Virus record (IMG/VR): IMGVR_UViG_3300008108_000413
Location: 2,817 to 66,816 of that record
DNA: 64,000 bases
Direction: 5' to 3' (one strand)
From: a virus
Under the pieces are notes generated by a model. It made no database searches, had not been told where the DNA came from, and saw only the letters and a program-made list of their open reading frames with translations. This document shows positions 41,744 through 48,831 of the stretch, piece after piece. The translations under genes and the position numbers were made by a program. Every line of letters begins with the position of its first letter. Position 1 is the first letter of the stretch.

Positions 41744-42106
41744 TTATTTCTTCTTACGCATTTTACCCAGTGTTTGAGCAAGAGCTGCTTGTTTCTTAGT
41801 TCTAGTACTAGCCTTAGAACCTTCTTTCAATACACTTTTAGCATATGCTGCTGTTGATTTACCTGCTGCTTTAGCTTTAGCAGAAAAAGCTCCAGGTCTT
41901 TTGATAGCACCTTGAATCCAGTTACCACCCTTTTTCATTTCAGGTGTAGCTTTAGTTGCACCACCTTTTTTAATAACCCCACGACCTTTGAGTACATCTG
42001 CTTTGGTTACTTTACCATCTCCTGTAAGATCTGGGAAGCTACCACCTTTTGCTTTTCTAGGGAGAGATTTCATAGCTCCTCCACACTGCATACATTTCTT
42101 AGCCAT
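41744..42106 (-). CDS. Small Lys-rich protein with an EF-hand/dockerin-like DLTGDGKVTKAD loop
   Basis: Translation; modules separated by KGG motifs. Confidence 0.65.
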   Translation of the reverse strand: MAKKCMQCGGAMKSLPRKAKGGSFPDLTGDGKVTKADVLKGRGVIKKGGATKATPEMKKGGNWIQGAIKRPGAFSAKAKAAGKSTAAYAKSVLKEGSKASTRTKKQAALAQTLGKMRKKK

Positions 42107-42124
42107 TGTGTATAAGTTTATTAA

Positions 42125-42379
42125 TTAACATTTCCATTTTCTAAGAGACTTATTGATCCTAGAGTTAGGATCATTAGCTGTTTTAGCAGAAGTAAGCTTT
42201 TTCTTCATACCTGACATTCTTGCACAAAAGCTTTTCTTTCTAGATCCACCTTCTGGTTGAGGAGCTTTAAGTCCAGGTTTACCTGGGTTAGCTCTATTAT
42301 AAGAAGCTCTACCTTTAGCATTTAAACCTCCACTAGGAGACTTGCCTTCTTTGCGCTGCCATGCAGGACTCTTAGCCAT
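42125..42379 (-). CDS. Small basic phage protein (MAKSPAWQRKEGK family)
   Basis: GGLNAKGRASY..RKKSFCARM..SRINKSLRKWKC; family recalled from aquatic phages. Confidence 0.7.
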   Translation of the reverse strand: MAKSPAWQRKEGKSPSGGLNAKGRASYNRANPGKPGLKAPQPEGGSRKKSFCARMSGMKKKLTSAKTANDPNSRINKSLRKWKC

Positions 42380-42381
42380 GG

Positions 42382-42591
42382 TTATTTTCTTTTAGTTGTT
42401 GATTTTTTAGCAGGAGCTTTACCAGAACCAGATACTATACCACCTAACATTTTAACTTGTTCTTTAGCATAGTTTTGAGCAGCTCTCATTCTAGCTGCAT
42501 TATTTTGAATTTCCTTAGCTTGCTTTAAAGTATCAAGATCCCATTTAGCTTGATATTCTTTATCTATTTTAAGTGTTTTAGATTTAGCCAT
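42382..42591 (-). CDS. Small basic protein
   Basis: 69-aa ORF, tightly packed, TAACC-ATG start. Confidence 0.65.
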   Translation of the reverse strand: MAKSKTLKIDKEYQAKWDLDTLKQAKEIQNNAARMRAAQNYAKEQVKMLGGIVSGSGKAPAKKSTTKRK

Positions 42592-42593
42592 GG

Positions 42594-42848
42594 TTATTTC
42601 TTTTTAGATTTTTTTACTCCACCTTTTTTAAAAGCAGGTGCTGGATTAGGTGACATGTAAGATTTACCTACACCTTTGTTTACTTTATAACCTTCTACAG
42701 GATTATAACTATTAGCAACACCAGCAGTGCCACCATCCATAAATTTCTTTTTAGCTGCAGTTCTAGTAGCCATAACCTCTTTAACTTTAGAGTCACGCTT
42801 ATCATTAAAGTGCTTAAGCACATCAACTTTTTTAGAAGTCTTTTTCAT
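42594..42848 (-). CDS. Small Lys-rich protein with xxGG motifs
   Basis: KFMDGG, FKKGG; TAATG coupling to the upstream gene. Confidence 0.65.
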   Translation of the reverse strand: MKKTSKKVDVLKHFNDKRDSKVKEVMATRTAAKKKFMDGGTAGVANSYNPVEGYKVNKGVGKSYMSPNPAPAFKKGGVKKSKKK

Positions 42849-43117
42849 TATCTAAATCTTTTTGCCTTTTGAGCTATGCTCTTAGGTTGTTTTACAAATT
42901 GTTTACCTTTTCTGTTACCCTCAGCTTTAGCTTTATTGGTAGCAGCTTTTTCTCCTGCAGACAAAGAACTCCAAGCAGCTTCTGGTAAGTATCTTTTCTT
43001 ACCACTAGATTTTACTTCTTTAGAGGAACCCTTCTTTTTATTAGCATGGGTACCAGAAGTCATCCAATTTTGCTTAGTCCAATTCTTTAGACTTTGTTGT
43101 GACTTAGAGAGTGCCAT
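42848..43117 (-). CDS. Small basic phage protein (QQSLKNWTKQNW..RYLP family)
   Basis: Translation; family recalled from aquatic phages. Confidence 0.7.
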   Translation of the reverse strand: MALSKSQQSLKNWTKQNWMTSGTHANKKKGSSKEVKSSGKKRYLPEAAWSSLSAGEKAATNKAKAEGNRKGKQFVKQPKSIAQKAKRFR

Positions 43118-43249
43118 TTACTTTACAGGTTTTGACTTAGTTGGTTTACCAGCTTTTCTCAGCTTTCTAGCTTAACAATGTGCTTTTTGTGAAAACCCTT
43201 TAGGATTTTTACAATCTATAGTCTTCTTATATTTATTAGACCAAGCCAT
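43118..43249 (-). pseudogene. Small basic protein gene with in-frame TAA at codon 26 (or a 25-aa peptide gene)
   Basis: MAWSNKYKKTIDCKNPKGFSQKAHC*ARKLRKAGKPTKSKPVK*; the second stop abuts the next ATG. Confidence 0.55.
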
Positions 43250-43826
43250 TAGTTCTTATATCCTCCACCAGCAGCTTTATATTTTTTATCTTTTTGGTGC
43301 TTCCACCTTTTTTCATCATAGATTTACCATACATAGCTTTAGATAAAGTACCACCTGTTTTTTTAGCTGGTGCTTTACTTACAGGTTTAGCTTTTGAAAT
43401 TGGAAATCCATTTTTGTCATATCCTGGTTTTCCTTTATTAGCTTGTCTAGCTTGAGCTTGTTTAGCTTTTTTTTCAGCTTCCAAATATCTAGAGTAAGCA
43501 GCTAAATTACCTGCCTCTATGGCAAAATCCTGATCGCTAGTTGCTTGAATAGCTTTATTTCTATAATAAGAAGTGCTATCAGGTGTAGCTTTTACAGTAG
43601 CTCCTTTTTGTGCTTTCTTAAGAGTTTTCATAGATCCACCTTTTTTAAATGTAGTAGGTTTTGGAGGAACTCCTTTCATAGTTCTACCAAACTTATCTAC
43701 ATATGTTTTAGGTGTGTAAACCTTTGGTTTAGCACTATCTACAGTAGGCTTAGGGGTGGCTGTTGATTTAACAACCATACCCGCATTAGCCTTCTTAAGT
43801 TTTGCTTTCTTCATGTGAGAGCTCAT
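43236..43826 (-). CDS. Lys-rich protein with xxGG motifs; 3' end affected by a frame break near 43285
   Basis: FKKGG, KAQKG, KTGG, KAMYG, MKKGG; the -1 frame ends KKYKAAGGGYKN* at 43249. Confidence 0.6.
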   Translation of the reverse strand: MSSHMKKAKLKKANAGMVVKSTATPKPTVDSAKPKVYTPKTYVDKFGRTMKGVPPKPTTFKKGGSMKTLKKAQKGATVKATPDSTSYYRNKAIQATSDQDFAIEAGNLAAYSRYLEAEKKAKQAQARQANKGKPGYDKNGFPISKAKPVSKAPAKKTGGTLSKAMYGKSMMKKGGSTKKIKNIKLLVEDIRTNGLV

Positions 43827-43828
43827 AA

Positions 43829-44161
43829 TTATTTCTTTTTAGCTTTGGTTGCACCACCCTTTTTCATCATGGTCTTGCCATACATTGCTTTAGGCATAGA
43901 TCCACCTTTTTTCATCAAACCACGGTTTGCTTGGTTTGTAGGTGACTTAGAAAAGGTAGTAGATGAGCTAATCTTTTTACCAGGGGTAGCACCTGTTGGA
44001 GGAGTGTTTACTCCACCAGAAGAAGTAGCGCGAGACTTAGTACCTTTTCCTGCAACTTTGCTAGGAGACATGAATTCACTAGCACTGTTAGGATTTGCCA
44101 TACCACCAGTCATGTATTTTTTCATTGGCTTAGTGGATTTTTTAACTGCAACTTTTTTCAT
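43829..44161 (-). CDS. Lys-rich protein with xxGG motifs
   Basis: KYMTGG, MKKGG x2, KAMYG; C-terminus paralogous to the downstream gene. Confidence 0.65.
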   Translation of the reverse strand: MKKVAVKKSTKPMKKYMTGGMANPNSASEFMSPSKVAGKGTKSRATSSGGVNTPPTGATPGKKISSSTTFSKSPTNQANRGLMKKGGSMPKAMYGKTMMKKGGATKAKKK

Positions 44162-44182
44162 TTTTTTATAGTGTTTAAAGGT

Positions 44183-45196
44183 TTACTGATTCCAGAATTT
44201 TTCAACTGACTTAGTCAGTGATATTAATATACTCTCATTTAATGGATTTCGCAAGAATTCTACACAATCTGATGGAGTTCTTCCCATCATTGCAGAAGAT
44301 TCTATGTGATAAATAAAGCCATCTGTTTTGGTAGCAATCATCTTATAGAAGGTTGCATCTCTAATAATAGCCTTAAGTTTAAGAGTCTCCATATCAAGAG
44401 CTGCTGTATCAAGGAATGATGCTGCTGCTCTCTTTAAGTTTGACTCTACACCCTCACCATTAATGAATTTATCCATGTTGTCATAGATGATATCATTAGG
44501 TGTGGATTTTTTGTATTGTACACTATTAGCATCTACTACTTTAGCTACATACAAAAGCTTGTTAGCATTCTTGTCATAAAGTTTCTGAAGTTCAGAAAGA
44601 GCTTTGTTTTTAAGCTTTTTAACCTCAGTTTTAGTAGATACAGTGTCAACTGTTTTATCTAGGTAAAACTTAGGAGCTACTGCTCTTGATCTAGCATCTT
44701 CATAGCTTCTAGCTACAATAGAGAATCCACCTGCTTCAATGCCATAAAGCTTAATGAGATCATAAGGATCTTTAGCTGGATCTAAGAATACTGGTTCATT
44801 ACCACAGCGTATAGTGATTCTGTTCCAAAATTCATCATTGTTTGGCTTAAGTAATTTTACTTTATTCCAAAACTCTGGATCAGCAGGATCAATAATGTTA
44901 GCAGCTAACTCAGATTCAAGTTTTGCTACAACATTTCTAATCTCAGTAATTTTTGCTTCTCTTAGATCAGGATCCTTAAGATTCTTGATATCAGGAGCAA
45001 ATTCATTAAGCCCTGTAATGTAGCGCTTAATACCATTTTGCTCAAGACAAGCAAGTTGTTCTTCATGGAATACTCCATCAAAAAGAGAAAGACCATACTT
45101 TTCTAAACCTAGATTGGATTTCTCTGGTTCAAAATAAGGCTTGATTGAAATATTACCCGACTTAACTGTGGGTAATTCTACCATAGTGTAACTCAT
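44183..45196 (-). CDS. Conserved crAss-like capsid-module protein (gene-75-like)
   Basis: RYITGLNE..NDEFW..FLDP..DPYD; position downstream of the MCP. Confidence 0.55.
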   Translation of the reverse strand: MSYTMVELPTVKSGNISIKPYFEPEKSNLGLEKYGLSLFDGVFHEEQLACLEQNGIKRYITGLNEFAPDIKNLKDPDLREAKITEIRNVVAKLESELAANIIDPADPEFWNKVKLLKPNNDEFWNRITIRCGNEPVFLDPAKDPYDLIKLYGIEAGGFSIVARSYEDARSRAVAPKFYLDKTVDTVSTKTEVKKLKNKALSELQKLYDKNANKLLYVAKVVDANSVQYKKSTPNDIIYDNMDKFINGEGVESNLKRAAASFLDTAALDMETLKLKAIIRDATFYKMIATKTDGFIYHIESSAMMGRTPSDCVEFLRNPLNESILISLTKSVEKFWNQ

Positions 45197-45248
45197 TTGT
45201 TTTGGTTTTGGTTTTTACAAATTTATTTATTATTAACTAAAAAACAAA

Positions 45249-45743
45249 TTACTGTGCTATATTCTTGATTTCATAGAAAACATAGAATGGAGATGTCCAC
45301 TGATTAGCTCCTGCAACTGCAGGGCTTGCATTGTAAATCTGAAGAGTAACTTGATTTAATAAAGCTCCAGTAACAAGTAAGTATGGAATAGAATTGTCAT
45401 TAATTACTTGATTGTAATAAGGAGTTATTTGAACATAGTTATCATCTGAGTTTATTGAAATATCTAAATTGTAGATATACAAAGGCGCTGAAGTAGCAAA
45501 TGCTGGATCAGGTAATGAAAGTGCTGTGTCAAAATTAATAATCTCTATAATACCCTTACTTGTAGTTACATTAGCAACTTGTGATACAGAATAATCTAAA
45601 GTATAGTAAGCAATATCATTGATATCAGCTACCACCTCATTAAGGTGAGCAAAGCGGGGAATAGCTGCTTCTCTAATCTGATGTGAAGCAATTACTGGGT
45701 CAGGTGACGCAGGAAATAATTTCTGAAGGAGTTTGATAGCCAT
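45249..45743 (-). CDS. Putative capsid decoration or structural protein
   Basis: 164-aa ORF directly after the MCP terminator; beta-rich C-terminus. Confidence 0.45.
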   Translation of the reverse strand: MAIKLLQKLFPASPDPVIASHQIREAAIPRFAHLNEVVADINDIAYYTLDYSVSQVANVTTSKGIIEIINFDTALSLPDPAFATSAPLYIYNLDISINSDDNYVQITPYYNQVINDNSIPYLLVTGALLNQVTLQIYNASPAVAGANQWTSPFYVFYEIKNIAQ

Positions 45744-45757
45744 TTTTATTTTTTATT

Positions 45758-45788
45758 AAAAAAGGGAGGAGTTTCCCCCTCCCTTTTT
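45758..45788 (-). terminator. Intrinsic terminator after the major capsid gene
   Basis: AAAAAAGGGAGG-AGTTTCC-CCTCCCTTTTT hairpin. Confidence 0.75.
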
Positions 45789-45807
45789 AGGTTTACATAA
45801 TTAGTAA

Positions 45808-47433
45808 TTAGAATGATCCACCAGTGATTGGGTTTCTCATAACAATTTTCAACACTTTGGTTGGGTCTTTTACCCAGATTGCTGGCATTGTTTGAGTCAT
45901 CATTACACGGTAACCATTGAATTGACCTGAGCTTTGGAACCCTTGAGTTCTACCCATGTAATCCATAGTACCGTTCTGATACCACCACTTCAATTGATTA
46001 TCCCAAGATAACTTCAACATGAAGATGTTGTCATTACCTGTGTCAGTGATATCAAAGATAACAAAGCTATAAGATGACAATGGGTTACCATCAATGATTG
46101 GGTTTTCAATGTCATTTGTATGCAAGTTATCAAAAGCAGGGTTCAAGACAAACTTAACATTTGCCAAGAATGGGATCACATAGCTAGTGAATGCAAATCC
46201 GTAGTTCAGATCCATTCCTTTACCAGTGATTGCTCCAATACCATTGTTGTCTGCAGCCTGGATAACCAAACCTGAGTTAACTGCTTCACGCTTAATAGCT
46301 TCATTAACCATGCGCATACCACCCATACCAGTTTGTACAATAAGCTGACGCTTAGGATCTGGACCTTGGAACTCAACGCGACCTGCATAGAAGTTGTAAA
46401 GCTCACCACGGAATAATTCCAAAGAGAAGTTATTCTTGTTGTAAACACGCTTGAAGGAGTTATCCAACTGCTTCCACAAACCTACAGAAAGACGCATATC
46501 ATCTGGACCATCTTGCTTAATGCGACCACCATGACCCCACATCAAGTAAGTTTCAATGTCAGTAGCAATTTTAGTCAAGTGTGCAGATTCCATAGTAGTC
46601 AAGAATGTGCGAGTCAATGTACCATTAGATACTGCTTTCTTCACATAATCTTTACCCATTACAGATACCATGTCTTCAATCTTAGTGATTGATGGATCCA
46701 TTTGCTTGTCAAAGTTTCTCCAGATCTCAGTTACAGGTACAGTGCCATCAGCATTTAATCCACCCTTAACCATAAGGTCAGCGCGAGAAGATACTGAATA
46801 GTGTACATGTGCTTCAGCTCCACCTACGAAGTTGTAGAACTCACGGAAACCAGAGCGGGTCATGATGTCAGAGAATCTCTCACCATACTCACCACGCGCA
46901 GAACCTTTTCTGAAGATCTTAGTACCATTTGACAAATACTTGTTATCTAAGAACTTGTAGTTGTCATTGTTTACTAATTGTACAGTGTAGATGAAACCAT
47001 CTCCCATAGGAAGAATGTCATCAGCAGTGATGTACATTTCACAACCATTGTACTTGTCATAAGTGATGATATCACCATGTCCAAACTCTCTACGGTTGAT
47101 TTTGATTTTGAAGGTAGTACCATCAATACCTTTGTTCTGGTTGTTTGGTTCAATATCCTCAATGATATAAGGAAGATCCTGAGATACAGGAGTCTGCCAC
47201 TTATACTCACCACGAGCATTGTCTACCATGATGATGTTCTTACCACCAAAGCTAGAAAGCTGGTAAAGAGGCATTTCTACTTTCTGAGCCATAGCCCAGA
47301 TATCTACTGGACCTAAGTCCATAGGTTCTGCATTCTTAAGCATGTTTACCAAGTGGTATGAATCCACATGGGAACTTGCTTGATAATTGGTATCGCGCAG
47401 GAAAATACCATTATTTAAAACTGGAGTTGCCAT
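45808..47433 (-). CDS. Major capsid protein (HK97 fold, crAss-like)
   Basis: 541 aa; order terL - portal - acidic protein - this gene; strongest codon bias in the window; terminator downstream; LSVGLWKQL, VQTGMGG and IWVKDPTK motifs. Confidence 0.85.
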   Translation of the reverse strand: MATPVLNNGIFLRDTNYQASSHVDSYHLVNMLKNAEPMDLGPVDIWAMAQKVEMPLYQLSSFGGKNIIMVDNARGEYKWQTPVSQDLPYIIEDIEPNNQNKGIDGTTFKIKINRREFGHGDIITYDKYNGCEMYITADDILPMGDGFIYTVQLVNNDNYKFLDNKYLSNGTKIFRKGSARGEYGERFSDIMTRSGFREFYNFVGGAEAHVHYSVSSRADLMVKGGLNADGTVPVTEIWRNFDKQMDPSITKIEDMVSVMGKDYVKKAVSNGTLTRTFLTTMESAHLTKIATDIETYLMWGHGGRIKQDGPDDMRLSVGLWKQLDNSFKRVYNKNNFSLELFRGELYNFYAGRVEFQGPDPKRQLIVQTGMGGMRMVNEAIKREAVNSGLVIQAADNNGIGAITGKGMDLNYGFAFTSYVIPFLANVKFVLNPAFDNLHTNDIENPIIDGNPLSSYSFVIFDITDTGNDNIFMLKLSWDNQLKWWYQNGTMDYMGRTQGFQSSGQFNGYRVMMTQTMPAIWVKDPTKVLKIVMRNPITGGSF

Positions 47434-47480
47434 TTGATTTGATTTAGGTTAATTATTGATTGTTAATTGTTAATTGTTAA

Positions 47481-48719
47481 TTAGCGTTTAAAAAAACTAT
47501 TCTGTGCTCTCTGAAGCTTTTGAGGTGATGTTCTTCTTGGTTCATCATTATCATCTGCTACAGAGGATACATTCTTACTTGCTTGCTCAGTTTTGAGTTG
47601 TCTTACTGTTTTAGCTACTGTGTCTTTAACAGCTACTTCTCTAACTTTAGCTTTGTACCCATCAGGATCTGCAAGAAGCCAAAGTGCTTCTGCAATTAGA
47701 TCATGTCTAGGTTCTACATATTGATATTTCTCAAGAAGGTGCCCCAACATATTAGTAGGTCTTCCACTTACTGAAGGATAGTTAGGTTGAACAAGACCAG
47801 TATAAAGCATGCTTTGTACTTTCTTATCCACCTTGAGTCCATTAAGCTCTCCTGGAGATAATACATTGTATACATTCTCCATATAAGCTTGAGCCTGAGC
47901 ATGTTGTTGGTGACGCAGCTTTTCTTGCTGAGCCAATCTCTGTTGAACTACCTGCTCTTGCATAGCATCCAACTTTGGCTTAAACTTATTAGCTTTTGAC
48001 TCTAGATCTCCTCTATCTTTCCAAGCTTCAATCTCTTCTTCAATTTCTTCAGTTGTACCAAAGTTTGTTGCTTGCAGGTAAGATCTTACAATAGTCTCTT
48101 GTCCATCTTCAGTAGAAGGATCTAATGATCTTACTTCTTCTACTTGAGCCAGAACTTTAAACAGACCTCTAAGATCTTGTCCTCCATCAGCTACATACTT
48201 AGCAGCATACTGAAGTTCTTCAGGAAGAGCTTCAAAGAACTCCACTGGGGTTTGTTCTCTAAGCTTGCGCTCCTTCTCTTGCATGTTAGCTTCAAACAAC
48301 TCTTCAAAATCTTGAGCTGAATACTTTTCAATAGGCTTATCATCATCAAAAGGAATAAGTTGTCCTTTTTCAATAAGCTTCTTTGCAAGCTCAATCATTG
48401 CATCTTTAGACATTTTAGGTCTTCCAGTAGACTTAGAATCTTCATCCTCAGTCTCCTCCATACCCATGTCCTCTTTTACAATCTCATCAAGAGCTTTAGA
48501 AACTACAGCAGGAGGTGGAGTTGTACCTTCTTCTGGAATATCTTCATCTTTGTCAAGGAACGAGGTATCTACAGTTGGTTGTGCAAATACACTTGGTTTC
48601 TTCTCTTCTGCTGCAGGTAACATTACATTCTCTGCACCAGGTGAACCTAGAAGATTATCTAGATCCATTTCTACCTCTTGTACAGTGGTAGATGCTGTGT
48701 TGGTTTTGGTATCAGACAT
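47481..48719 (-). CDS. Acidic scaffold-like protein (crAss gene-77-like)
   Basis: Very Glu/Asp-rich and helical; lies between portal and MCP. Confidence 0.6.
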   Translation of the reverse strand: MSDTKTNTASTTVQEVEMDLDNLLGSPGAENVMLPAAEEKKPSVFAQPTVDTSFLDKDEDIPEEGTTPPPAVVSKALDEIVKEDMGMEETEDEDSKSTGRPKMSKDAMIELAKKLIEKGQLIPFDDDKPIEKYSAQDFEELFEANMQEKERKLREQTPVEFFEALPEELQYAAKYVADGGQDLRGLFKVLAQVEEVRSLDPSTEDGQETIVRSYLQATNFGTTEEIEEEIEAWKDRGDLESKANKFKPKLDAMQEQVVQQRLAQQEKLRHQQHAQAQAYMENVYNVLSPGELNGLKVDKKVQSMLYTGLVQPNYPSVSGRPTNMLGHLLEKYQYVEPRHDLIAEALWLLADPDGYKAKVREVAVKDTVAKTVRQLKTEQASKNVSSVADDNDEPRRTSPQKLQRAQNSFFKR

Positions 48720-48755
48720 ATTGCTGGTTTTGGTTTATTCTCTAATACTTATTTA

Positions 48756-48762
48756 TAATATA
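48756..48762 (-). promoter_or_regulatory. Candidate late-promoter element TATATTA (also at 33106, 35984, 40382, 62458; variant at 56862)
   Basis: Same heptamer found 10-38 nt upstream of the start codon in several of the larger intergenic gaps. Confidence 0.45.
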
Positions 48763-48831
48763 AGCAAATTTATGTAAATAAACATTTTAAGTTTAGGTAG
48801 CTAAAACAAATTTTCCACTAGATAGCTAAGT

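Noticed and set aside
47450-47483. Short tandem repeat (TTGTTAA)x3 upstream of the MCP
   Set aside because: Too short and AT-rich; best explained as the A-rich unstructured leader of the MCP.
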